Assembly (NCBI GenBank): GCA_046074785.1
Contig: JBJTOX010000071.1
Coordinates: forward strand, 1 to 59,515
Direction of reading: 5' to 3'
DNA from: Actinomycetota bacterium
Lineage (GTDB): Bacteria > Actinomycetota > Acidimicrobiia > Acidimicrobiales > Ilumatobacteraceae
Length of the DNA stretch: 59,515 bases
Positions within the stretch are counted from its first letter, which is position 1; each line of letters starts with the position of its first letter. Below the pieces are notes generated by a model. The model saw only the letters and a program-made list of their open reading frames with translations, searched no databases and had not been told where the DNA came from. A program made the position numbers and the translations under genes. Below, in pieces: positions 17,960 through 26,220 of the stretch.

Positions 17960-20212
17960 GTGACCGCACAATCCAAGACACTCGACTTGAGCATCTCAGG
18001 CATGACCTGTGGTGCGTGTGCAACCAAGATTCAGAAGGCACTCAACAAACTCGACGGTGTTGAAGCCACGGTGAACTTCGCGACCGAGTCGGCGCAGGTT
18101 AGAGTCAGCAGTTCCGTCTCCGCACGGGAACTGATCGGCAGTGTCGAGAATGCCGGCTACGGCGCCCGACTCATCGAGGACACCACACCCGAGATGCTCG
18201 ACAAGGAAACTCTCGAGCGTGTCGCCATGTTGCGAATGCGACTGCTGGTTTCGTTGGTGTTCGGGTTGCCCGTCGTTGCACTCTCGATGATCGCTGCGTT
18301 CCAGTTCGACGGCTGGCCGTGGTGGGCTCTGGCACTCTCGATTCCGGTCGTCACATGGGCGGCAGCACCCTTCCATAAGGCCGCGGCGATGAACGCGCGT
18401 CATCGGGCAACCACGATGGACACGCTCATCTCCCTCGGGATCATTGCCGCGATGGGTTGGTCGCTCTGGGCGTTGGTGTGGGGCAATGCAGCCGAGCATG
18501 CGGGAATGGACATGATGTCGATGGACGTTGACCACGTCTATATGGAAGTGGCGGTTGCAGTCACGATCTTCCTCTTGGCTGGGCGCTACTTCGAAGCCCG
18601 AGCGAAGCGTCGCGCCGGTGATGCACTTCGTTCGCTCCTGGCGCTTGGGGCAAGAACGGCGACGATCTTGCGCGATGGCGATGAAGTGCGCATCGAGGCG
18701 TCAAGAGTGCAGGTTGGTGACCTGATCGTGGTGCGACCCGGAGAAATCATCGCCGCCGATGGTGTGGTGCGCGAAGGTACATCGTCGATTGATGCATCGA
18801 TGCTGACGGGTGAGAGCGTTCCGGTCGATGTCACCGTCGGGTCAACGGTCACGGGGACCACGGTGAATCTCACGGGGAGATTGGTCGTGCAGGCAACCCG
18901 AGTGGGGGCGGAGTCAACGTTTGCCCAGATGGCACGACTCGTGAGAGACGCGCAAGCCACCAAGGCCCCGGTTCAGCGACTCGCCGACCGTGTGAGCAGT
19001 GTGTTCGTTCCCACGGTCATCTGCATTTCGCTGGTGACGTTCGCGGCTTGGTGGTGGTGGCGGGGAGATTTGTCGCAGGCATTCACTGCCGCAGTCGCCG
19101 TCTTGATCATTGCGTGCCCGTGTGCGCTCGGATTGGCGACCCCCGTTGCCCTCATGGTGGGAAGTGGCCGAGCGGCTCAGATGGGAATCGTCATCAAGGG
19201 AGCCGACGTGTTGCAAGGGACTCGTCGAGTCGACACCGTGGTGTTCGACAAGACGGGAACCGTCACCACCGGGTCGATGCAACTTGTCGATGTGGTGTGT
19301 GCCGATGGCACGTCCCGCGCCGACGTGTTGGCCTTCGCGGGTGCACTCGAGCACGCCAGCGAGCATCCGGTGGCACGCGCGATTGCCTCGTCGGCACGGG
19401 CCGAGCTCGGTTCACTTGCGTCCGTCGAATCGTTCGAGAACCTGCCTGGTATGGGCACCATCGGTTCGGTCAATGGCGCGAGCGTGATGGTCGGCAACGA
19501 AACTCTTCTTCGTCGAAAACTCGTGCTGATCTCTTCGGAGATGTCGGAAGCTCTCTCGGTGGCCCGCGCAAACGGCAATATCGGCGTGCTCGTTGCAGTA
19601 AACGGCTCGGTACGAGGCGTCTGCATCGTCGCCGACCGACCAAAAGCCAACAGCGCAGCCGCCATTGCGTCGCTCCGCGATCTCGGTCTTCGACCGATGT
19701 TGCTCACTGGTGATAGTCGAGCCACGGCGTTGGCCGTCGCCAAGCAGGTCGGTATCGAAGCCGACGAACAACATGTGATTGCAGGAGTGCTACCGGAAGA
19801 GAAGGTCCGCGTCGTCGCGGACTTGCAGGAGCGTGGATACGCAGTCGCCATGGTTGGCGATGGTGTGAACGACGCAGCTGCACTTGCACAGGCAAACGTA
19901 GGAATCGCCATGGGTACCGGAACCGATGTCGCGATGAATGCAAGTGATCTCACGATCGTGAGTGGCGATCTGCGACTCGTTTCCGATGCGATTCTCCTAT
20001 CGCGAGCCACGCTTCGCACGATCAGCGCCAATGTGTTCTGGGCATTCATTTACAACGCCGCTGCGATTCCGATTGCGGCTCTCGGTCTGCTGAATCCGAT
20101 GTGGGCTGGTCTCGCCATGGCGTTTTCCAGTGTCTTTGTTGTAATGAACAGTTTGCGACTGCGTACCGCGAAACTCACTCCACACACTGCGTTCGTGCAC
20201 GCAACTCGTTGA
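17960..20212 (+). CDS. copA: Copper-translocating P1B-type ATPase
   Basis: N-terminal HMA domain GMTCGAC, transmembrane CPC (IIACPCALGLATP), phosphorylation site FDKTGTVT, hinge MVGDGVNDAAAL. 750 aa. Confidence 0.9.
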   Translation: MTAQSKTLDLSISGMTCGACATKIQKALNKLDGVEATVNFATESAQVRVSSSVSARELIGSVENAGYGARLIEDTTPEMLDKETLERVAMLRMRLLVSLVFGLPVVALSMIAAFQFDGWPWWALALSIPVVTWAAAPFHKAAAMNARHRATTMDTLISLGIIAAMGWSLWALVWGNAAEHAGMDMMSMDVDHVYMEVAVAVTIFLLAGRYFEARAKRRAGDALRSLLALGARTATILRDGDEVRIEASRVQVGDLIVVRPGEIIAADGVVREGTSSIDASMLTGESVPVDVTVGSTVTGTTVNLTGRLVVQATRVGAESTFAQMARLVRDAQATKAPVQRLADRVSSVFVPTVICISLVTFAAWWWWRGDLSQAFTAAVAVLIIACPCALGLATPVALMVGSGRAAQMGIVIKGADVLQGTRRVDTVVFDKTGTVTTGSMQLVDVVCADGTSRADVLAFAGALEHASEHPVARAIASSARAELGSLASVESFENLPGMGTIGSVNGASVMVGNETLLRRKLVLISSEMSEALSVARANGNIGVLVAVNGSVRGVCIVADRPKANSAAAIASLRDLGLRPMLLTGDSRATALAVAKQVGIEADEQHVIAGVLPEEKVRVVADLQERGYAVAMVGDGVNDAAALAQANVGIAMGTGTDVAMNASDLTIVSGDLRLVSDAILLSRATLRTISANVFWAFIYNAAAIPIAALGLLNPMWAGLAMAFSSVFVVMNSLRLRTAKLTPHTAFVHATR

Positions 20213-20951
20213 CGGCGTCGCGCCGCCATGTTCGAACGGTGCGGGCCGACACCCCCTTCGTTGCCGCGAACTCCTCAACCGTCTGCATGCTGAGCGCCTG
20301 CAGCACCGTTCGCGAACGATCCGAGAGGTGGTGCTGAACTGCTTCCGCAAGGAGCACACCAAACTCGGATTCGTCCGCGCGCCCGCCACCGATTCCGTCG
20401 CCCAACGGTGGGGAAGTGAGGGAGTCGGAGGCGTAACGCAGTTCGACCGTGTCGATGTTCTCGTCGAGGCTGGTGTGTACCGGGCGGTTGCGCTGTCCTC
20501 GAACGAAGGCAAAGTACTCGATGTCGCGCACGATGTTGGCGGCAATCTTCCGTGGCCGTCGCATGATCGGGTAGGTGCGAATGATCTCCCAAGCATGCGA
20601 CAACACGAGTCCGAATGCGCTGTCAAACGTTGATCCGTGACCGAATCCCCTTCGCCGGGCGATCGACAACATCGGAGGCAGGACTCGCTGCAACACGATT
20701 CGTGCCGCCAAGTCGTCGGTTGCTGCCCTGCGAACGATGGTTGCCAAGATTTGATCAGCGACGGGATCGCACTTTGCACCTTGAAATCCCGACAAGCGGA
20801 GCACTTCATCGAGCGACCACAAGGTGCGTGTCGTGAGTTTCCATGAATTCACGCGCTCCAGTGCGTGAGGGCAGTAGGAAAGTCGCCGCCACTCAGATTG
20901 AAGTGAAGCGGCCGGATTGTTTCGGTGTTCGATGTGTCGATGAGTGGACAT
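20175..20951 (-). CDS. Sigma-70-like / HTH DNA-binding protein of uncertain family
   Basis: 258 aa. The C-terminal LSDRSRTVLQALSMQTVEEFAATKGVSARTVRTWRRDAVNELR resembles a sigma region-4 HTH. A central block (AARIVLQRVLPPML...SHAWEIIRTYP...IAANIVRDIEY) resembles region 2. The alternative frame 19997-20809 is Ser/Arg/Cys-rich junk. Confidence 0.45.
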   Translation of the reverse strand: MSTHRHIEHRNNPAASLQSEWRRLSYCPHALERVNSWKLTTRTLWSLDEVLRLSGFQGAKCDPVADQILATIVRRAATDDLAARIVLQRVLPPMLSIARRRGFGHGSTFDSAFGLVLSHAWEIIRTYPIMRRPRKIAANIVRDIEYFAFVRGQRNRPVHTSLDENIDTVELRYASDSLTSPPLGDGIGGGRADESEFGVLLAEAVQHHLSDRSRTVLQALSMQTVEEFAATKGVSARTVRTWRRDAVNELRARTQCVE

Positions 20952-21001
20952 GCCACAACATCGTGAGAATCGACCTCACCGCTACCCTCACTGACTCGGT
21001 A

Positions 21002-21949
21002 TCAACTCCTGCCGGATGTCATGACGAATTCCGTCAGCTCGGTCAGATTGGGCATTGAGTCGGCACATGCAAGCCGAGCTGCAACGTATGCACCAGCGGC
21101 ATTGGCGTACTCGCCGATCGTGCGCAAGTGCCATCCACTGAGAAGACCGTGAATGAGTGCACCGCCAAAGGCATCGCCGGAGCCGAGCCCGCACACGACC
21201 GGTACCCGCAGCGGTGCGATTCGCACTCGTTCGTCACGATTGGCAAGCAGCACTCCGTCACCGCCCATCTTTACGACCGCCGTTTGCACGCCGAGTGAGA
21301 GCATTTCGTCTGCGGCACGGTCAGGGTCGTCGGTTCCGAGCGCCATCGCACACTCCGATCGATTACCGACGACGACGGTCGATTGTTCGATGGCGGACAC
21401 GGCCGCACGTCGTGCTTCACTCTCCGAATCCCAAAAGGAGGGCCGGTAATCGATGTCAAACACGGTGTGCGGTTTTCGTTTGCGTGCTGCGATCCAGTAG
21501 TTGCACGCCGTTGCCGTCGTACCTCGGGCAAGCGTTCCGCCAGTCATCCACAACACGTCGCAATCACCGACATCGGACTCCGACAGGGCTTCGCGCAGCA
21601 ACGTGGTGTCCGGCGCGTCGAGCTTTCTGTGGAAGATCACCCGCGGATCTTCCGGTGGGTCCATCGATGCGATTACCACGGGAGTGCGCTCGCCCGGAGC
21701 GACTCCCACGCGCGAGGTATCGACCCCGAATTCGCGCAGTCGATCGATCACGTACTCGCCGAGCTCGTCGTTGCCCACCTTGGTGAGGAGAGCAACGTTG
21801 TGCCCGAGTCGCGCAGCGGCAACGGCGACATTGGTTGGGCTTCCACCAACGCTCTTGTTGAAGGTCTGCGGGTCCCGAAACGAGGCCCCCGCCTCTCGCG
21901 CATAGAGATCGACGCTCACTCGTCCGACGACGATGACCGAGCCGCGCAC
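21002..21949 (-). CDS. PfkB-family carbohydrate kinase (IolC/5-dehydro-2-deoxygluconokinase-like)
   Basis: About 316 aa from GTG 21949. Motifs: VIVVGRVSVDLY, SVGGSPTNVAVAAARLG, and C-terminal GSGDAFGGALIHGLL with the anion-hole/ATP motif. The first 98 codons of the track ORF lack protein-like character. Confidence 0.75.
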   Translation of the reverse strand: MRGSVIVVGRVSVDLYAREAGASFRDPQTFNKSVGGSPTNVAVAAARLGHNVALLTKVGNDELGEYVIDRLREFGVDTSRVGVAPGERTPVVIASMDPPEDPRVIFHRKLDAPDTTLLREALSESDVGDCDVLWMTGGTLARGTTATACNYWIAARKRKPHTVFDIDYRPSFWDSESEARRAAVSAIEQSTVVVGNRSECAMALGTDDPDRAADEMLSLGVQTAVVKMGGDGVLLANRDERVRIAPLRVPVVCGLGSGDAFGGALIHGLLSGWHLRTIGEYANAAGAYVAARLACADSMPNLTELTEFVMTSGRS

Positions 21950-21997
21950 CTCATTGAGGTTACGGCGACCACATCTTCCATCGGCAAGACTGAGGTC

Positions 21998-22657
21998 GTG
22001 CGTATCACGCTTCCGTCGGGAACAGAGGCAGAACTCGACGCGTCCGCATCCGACGCAACGATGGGCCTGGTCATCGCACCGGACATCTGGTCGTTGCGAC
22101 CCCTGTATGACGACATGGTGGCGCGACTGGCACGTGAGTGGAACATGGCGGTGTGTGCCGTTGAGCCGTTCCCGGGTCGTGTCATCCCGCTGGAGATGGA
22201 GCCCCGTATGACGGCGGTAGCGACGCTCGATGACAGCCGACATCTGCGGGATCTTGAGCAGGCTGCCGACGCGCTCGGCACGGCGCGCGTTGGCTTGATG
22301 GGTTTCTGTCTGGGCGGGATGTATTGCTTCAAGTCGGCCATCAGCGACCGGTTTGCGCGTATCGCGAGTTTTTACGGGATGATTCGAGTGCCACAGAACT
22401 GGCGTTCACCGACTCAGGGTGAGCCACTTGACTACCTACGCGACGGCGATGCTTCCAAGGTGTTGGCGATCATCGGAACGAAGGATCCGTATACACCACC
22501 GGCCGATGTGGCAGAACTCCGAAATGTCGGTTGCAGCGTGGTGGAATACGAAGGGGCAGAGCATGCCTTTGCGCACGATCCGACCCGACCAGCCCATCGA
22601 CCAGTCGATGCGGCGGACGCGTTTGCTCGCGCGCGTGACTGGTTACGGAGCGGTTGA
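21998..22657 (+). CDS. Dienelactone hydrolase family protein
   Basis: About 220 aa from GTG 21998. Nucleophile motif GLMGFCLGG and C-terminal EGAEHAFAHD. The upstream 205 codons of track ORF 21383 lie antisense to the kinase gene and are discarded. Confidence 0.7.
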   Translation: MRITLPSGTEAELDASASDATMGLVIAPDIWSLRPLYDDMVARLAREWNMAVCAVEPFPGRVIPLEMEPRMTAVATLDDSRHLRDLEQAADALGTARVGLMGFCLGGMYCFKSAISDRFARIASFYGMIRVPQNWRSPTQGEPLDYLRDGDASKVLAIIGTKDPYTPPADVAELRNVGCSVVEYEGAEHAFAHDPTRPAHRPVDAADAFARARDWLRSG

Positions 22658-22699
22658 CGTCGCCTTATCGGCTGTGTGACGACAGCCGGCGAGCCGGTA

Positions 22700-23371
22700 T
22701 CACGACGAACGGGCACTCATCTTGGCCCGTTCCTTGATGCGGTAGCGGCGGTCTGCTTGCTCGAGCCACCCGAGGCGGATGAAACTCGCGATCGCTTTGT
22801 TTACCCGTTCGCGTGAAGCACCCACCATGCCTGCGAGTTCTTCCTGCGTCACTGGCAGGACGAACTCGTCGCTACCGTCGGAGAGTTCAAGCAATCGCTT
22901 CGCAGTTCGTCCCGTCACGTCGAGAAAGACGCTGTCAGAGAGAACTTCATCCATCACTCGCAAACGTGTGGCGAGCAGCTTCGTCACTCCCCACAGCATC
23001 GACGGATTTCCCTGCAACTCGGCCTTGACAGCCGCATAGGGAATCTGCAGCACGCTCGAGGGCTCGAGTGCTCGGGCAAGGGCGCTACGTGCACCATCAT
23101 CAAGCAGACCAAGTTCTCCGAACAAGTCACCGCTTTCCATCAGGGCGAGCATGCTCTCACGGGAATCGAGCGGACGATTTCCGATGGCGATTGCAATCCG
23201 ACCTCCGAGTACCACGAACATTGCGTCGGGGGCGTCGCCCTCATTGAACAAGACGTCTCCGCGCTGCAGTGAACGAACGATGCCGGCAGCTGCGATCTTC
23301 TTCAATGACGCAGGAGGTGTCGCGGCGAAGAAAGCGTTTTTTGCGAGGAGTTCTTCGTGGGTCATGAGCAT
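22700..23371 (-). CDS. Crp/Fnr family transcriptional regulator
   Basis: About 224 aa from ATG 23371. cNMP-binding-like N-domain (GDVLFNEGDAPDAMFVVLGGRIAI, GDLFGELGLLD) and C-terminal HTH (QEELAGMVGASRERVNKAIASF). Confidence 0.8.
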   Translation of the reverse strand: MLMTHEELLAKNAFFAATPPASLKKIAAAGIVRSLQRGDVLFNEGDAPDAMFVVLGGRIAIAIGNRPLDSRESMLALMESGDLFGELGLLDDGARSALARALEPSSVLQIPYAAVKAELQGNPSMLWGVTKLLATRLRVMDEVLSDSVFLDVTGRTAKRLLELSDGSDEFVLPVTQEELAGMVGASRERVNKAIASFIRLGWLEQADRRYRIKERAKMSARSS

Positions 23372-23387
23372 CACGGTACTACCCTGA

Positions 23388-24050
23388 ATGTCGATGCCGA
23401 CGGGTGAACTTCGCCGTCCAGGTGAGGTGATTTGGACCATCGTTGTTGCGGCGGGTTCAGGAACCCGATTTGGTGGACCGAAGCAGTTCGAAACCTTGGG
23501 TGACCGTCGCGTCATGGATTGGTCGGTTGCAGTCGCACGCGAATCGAGTGATGGTGTAGTAGTCGTTCTTCCCCCTGAAGTCGCAGAAGAAGAAGGTGGT
23601 GTGCCCGGCGGTACGACACGCAGCGAGTCGGTGCGACGAGGTATCGCTGCAGTACCGAAGAACGCGACGATCATCTGTGTGCATGATGCGGCGCGACCGT
23701 TTGCGAACGAGGATGACTTCGCCAGAGTCATCGAAGCGATTGCGGATGGTGCTGATGGGGCAGTGCCGGCGATTCCTGTCGCCGACACCATCAAAGTCGT
23801 CGACGACACTGGTCAAGTCGTTCGCACACCAGCACGAGGTTCGCTGCGCGCGGTTCAAACACCACAAGCGTTTCGAGCCGAAGTACTACGACGCGCGCAT
23901 GCTTCCCTCGGAGAAGGCACCGATGATGCAGCCCTCGTCGAGGCAGAGGGCGGCAAAGTCGTCGTCGTTGACGGTGACGTATTGAATCGAAAGATCACGA
24001 CTCGTGACGACCTTGAGTGGGCGCGAGCACAGCAGCGCGGGGAGCAATGA
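23388..24050 (+). CDS. ispD: 2-C-methyl-D-erythritol 4-phosphate cytidylyltransferase
   Basis: IVVAAGSGTRFGGPKQF P-loop-like motif, VHDAARPF, and QTPQAFR near the C-terminus. Confidence 0.85.
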   Translation: MSMPTGELRRPGEVIWTIVVAAGSGTRFGGPKQFETLGDRRVMDWSVAVARESSDGVVVVLPPEVAEEEGGVPGGTTRSESVRRGIAAVPKNATIICVHDAARPFANEDDFARVIEAIADGADGAVPAIPVADTIKVVDDTGQVVRTPARGSLRAVQTPQAFRAEVLRRAHASLGEGTDDAALVEAEGGKVVVVDGDVLNRKITTRDDLEWARAQQRGEQ

Positions 24051-24081
24051 TCATGTGGCCGACACGAAAGAGCAGTCGCTG

Positions 24082-24552
24082 ATGTCGATGCGGGTCGGCC
24101 AAGGTTTCGATATACATCGCTTTGCCGATGACGATCGCCCGCTCGTGTTGGGTGGCGTGCGAATTCCGAACGAACGCGGATTGCTCGGCCATAGCGACGC
24201 TGATGCCGTCGCGCATGCGGTGAGCGACGCTTTGCTCGGTGCGGCCGGACTCGGGGACATCGGTCAGCACTTCCCTGACTCCGATCCGCAGTGGACGGGC
24301 GTTGATTCGATGCTCATCCTTCGTGCCGTGATGGAGAAGGTACGGGCGGGCGGCTGGCGAGTGGAGAATGTGGATGTCAACGTCATTTGCGAGCGGCCAA
24401 AGATCGCTCCTCATCGCGAGGCGATGCAGGTGAACCTCGGCACCGTTGTCGGAGCCCCGGTCAGTGTCAAGGGAAGACGAGCAGAGGGACTGGGGAGCAT
24501 CGGCCGTGTTGAAGGCATCGTCTGCCTGGCCGTTGCCCTGTTGATCTCGTGA
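24082..24552 (+). CDS. ispF: 2-C-methyl-D-erythritol 2,4-cyclodiphosphate synthase
   Basis: MRVGQGFDIHRF, GHSDADAVAHA, LGDIGQHFPDSDPQW. Possible starts are ATG 24082, ATG 24088 or GTG 24055. Confidence 0.9.
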   Translation: MSMRVGQGFDIHRFADDDRPLVLGGVRIPNERGLLGHSDADAVAHAVSDALLGAAGLGDIGQHFPDSDPQWTGVDSMLILRAVMEKVRAGGWRVENVDVNVICERPKIAPHREAMQVNLGTVVGAPVSVKGRRAEGLGSIGRVEGIVCLAVALLIS

Positions 24553-25406
24553 GCCGTCATCCCCGTCGCGGGCCGCGTCGACAAGAACGAGGCGGGAATC
24601 GACCTGCCCGACCTCGCCAGAACGACCGCGGCCTCGGCGGTGAACAGATCGAGGGACGACAAGCAGTGCGCGAACTGCTCATCGCATCGCGTCGTCGAGT
24701 GCGCGAGATCGTGGTTGCCGACGACAGTGAGCGCAATCCAATGATCGGTGAGATCCTCGATCTCGCTCGGTCTGAGCGAGTACCGGTTCGGCAGGTATCC
24801 CGTGCCGACATCGATGAGCAGGCTCGTAGCGAGGCCCCACAGGGCGTGATTGCATTCGCCGATGAACTCGAAGAGACACTCCTTGACGAGGTACTCCTGT
24901 TGGCTTCTACATCGAGCGGTGAATCTGTCGCCCCCACGCCCGGGAACAAGCTGTTTCTCGTCGCTGTCGACGGTGTCACGGACCCGGGCAATCTCGGTGC
25001 GATTCTTCGCTCATGCGAGGGAGCGGGCGTTGATGCAGTGATTCTTCCTCGGCACAGGGCAGTGCACATCACTCCGAGTGCAGCGAAGTCTGCAGCAGGG
25101 GCAATCGAATATCTCACGATGTGCGTCGTACCAGGTTTACCGACGGCGATTCAGCAATTGCGCGACAACAACGTCTGGGTCGTGGGCTTGGATGACGCGG
25201 CCGACAAGCCGATCTTCGGACTCGGCGACTTGGCAAGAGAGCACGTGTGCCTGGTGCTCGGTGCTGAGGGGCCCGGACTTTCACGCTTGGTCCGCGAACG
25301 TTGCGACTTGCTCGTCTCGATTCCGATGCGCGGAGCGTTGTCGTCACTCAACGTTTCTGCAGCGGCAGCACTTGCAACATACGAAGTAGTCCGCGCGCGT
25401 CGCTGA
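24549..25406 (+). CDS. rlmB: SpoU/TrmH-family 23S rRNA 2-prime-O-methyltransferase (RlmB-like)
   Basis: Basic N-terminal tail, IEGRQAVRELL, DGVTDPGNLGAILRSCEGAGV, LGAEGPGLSRLV and IPMRG.LSSLNVSAAAA motifs. The GTG start overlaps the ispF stop. Confidence 0.8.
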   Translation: MSRHPRRGPRRQERGGNRPARPRQNDRGLGGEQIEGRQAVRELLIASRRRVREIVVADDSERNPMIGEILDLARSERVPVRQVSRADIDEQARSEAPQGVIAFADELEETLLDEVLLLASTSSGESVAPTPGNKLFLVAVDGVTDPGNLGAILRSCEGAGVDAVILPRHRAVHITPSAAKSAAGAIEYLTMCVVPGLPTAIQQLRDNNVWVVGLDDAADKPIFGLGDLAREHVCLVLGAEGPGLSRLVRERCDLLVSIPMRGALSSLNVSAAAALATYEVVRARR

Positions 25407-25492
25407 ACATCGTTCAAGTTCGGCACTGACAAGAACGAGCGGACCTCGCTCCGACGAAGCGTAGGATGATTCGAGTTCGCTCAGAGCGACAC

Positions 25493-25564
25493 GCCGGGGT
25501 AGCTCAGTGGCAGAGCAGCCGCCTTGTAAGCGGCAGGTCGTGGGTTCAATCCCCACCCTCGGCT
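25493..25564 (+). tRNA. tRNA-Thr (anticodon TGT)
   Basis: Acceptor gccgggg/cctcggc (one G-U pair), D-arm tagctcagtggcagagca, anticodon stem-loop gccgccttgtaagcggc with TGT, T-arm gtgggttcaatccccac. Ends are accurate to +/- 1-2 nt. Confidence 0.85.
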
Positions 25565-25589
25565 CATTGAATCAATCCGCGCAGAGTGC

Positions 25590-26213
25590 GTGACTACTCT
25601 GGACATCATGAGTCAAGAGCAACGCCGACCGCGTCCAGCCCCCGAGCCTCGACCAGCCAATGTCAATTCCGTGCTGTCGATCGCGGTGGCGGTCCTCGCA
25701 GTGTTGCTCGGGTTCTTCATCTTGCGTGATCTCCGCAACGATCCACCACTGAGTTCAACGGCCACCGAGTCCGCCGAAGAAGCGGCCACCGAAACGACGG
25801 TCGAGGTCATCCCTGTGGATACGACGGCTGCTCCTGTCGTGTTGACGGCGTTCAAAGTGCAGATCGCAAACGCATCCGGTGTGAGTGGCAGTGCCGGGTT
25901 GCTCACCACCGAACTGCAGGGCAAGGGCTACATCGTCCAGCCAGCCATCAACAAGAGCGAGATCACACCGAAGCAGACGACGACGGTGGTCTACTACTTG
26001 CTCGGTAGCGAGGCAGCTGCTGCACAAGTGGCGCAGGAGCTTGGTGGGGTCGCAACGTCACCCATGCCAACTCCAATCCCGACAGAGACCGGAAGTCTCG
26101 GCGAGGCCAGTGTTCTCATCCTGCTCGGCACGGATCTCGCAGGGAAGCCACTTGCGATCATCGCTGGTGGCGCTGCGGCACCGGCAGTGATTACGACAAC
26201 GACGACCGGCTGA
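25590..26213 (+). CDS. LytR_C domain-containing membrane-anchored protein
   Basis: N-terminal TM (SVLSIAVAVLAVLLGFFIL), acidic/Thr-rich linker, and a C-terminal domain with VQIANASGVSGSAGLLTTELQGKGY...VVYY typical of the LytR C-terminal domain. Confidence 0.6.
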   Translation: MTTLDIMSQEQRRPRPAPEPRPANVNSVLSIAVAVLAVLLGFFILRDLRNDPPLSSTATESAEEAATETTVEVIPVDTTAAPVVLTAFKVQIANASGVSGSAGLLTTELQGKGYIVQPAINKSEITPKQTTTVVYYLLGSEAAAAQVAQELGGVATSPMPTPIPTETGSLGEASVLILLGTDLAGKPLAIIAGGAAAPAVITTTTTG

Positions 26214-26220
26214 GCGAAAC

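Noticed and set aside
17996-20049. Several long minus-strand ORFs (179, 125, 150 and 290 aa) inside copA.
   Set aside because: They are low-complexity Arg/Ser/Thr/Pro-rich translations lying opposite a gene with all P-type ATPase signatures. They are shadow ORFs.
19997-20809. An alternative 270-aa minus-strand frame overlapping the sigma-like gene.
   Set aside because: The translation is Cys/Ser/Arg-rich without structure-like segments. The 20175-20951 frame carries a clear HTH.
21002-22657. Two long ORFs (413 aa minus, 424 aa plus) overlapping each other by more than 800 nt.
   Set aside because: Only the C-terminal about 316 aa (PfkB kinase) and about 220 aa (dienelactone hydrolase) look like real protein. 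The N-terminal extensions are Arg/His/Cys-rich and run antisense through the partner gene. Internal GTG starts at 21949 and 21998 give family-typical lengths.
23372-23809. A 146-codon N-terminal extension of the Crp-family ORF running antisense through ispD.
   Set aside because: The extension is Ser/Thr/Ala/Pro-rich low complexity. Crp/Fnr proteins are about 220-230 aa, and ATG 23371 gives exactly that.
25344-25556. A 70-aa minus-strand ORF overlapping tRNA-Thr.
   Set aside because: It overlaps a well-formed tRNA gene and the 3-prime end of rlmB, so it is an artefact.
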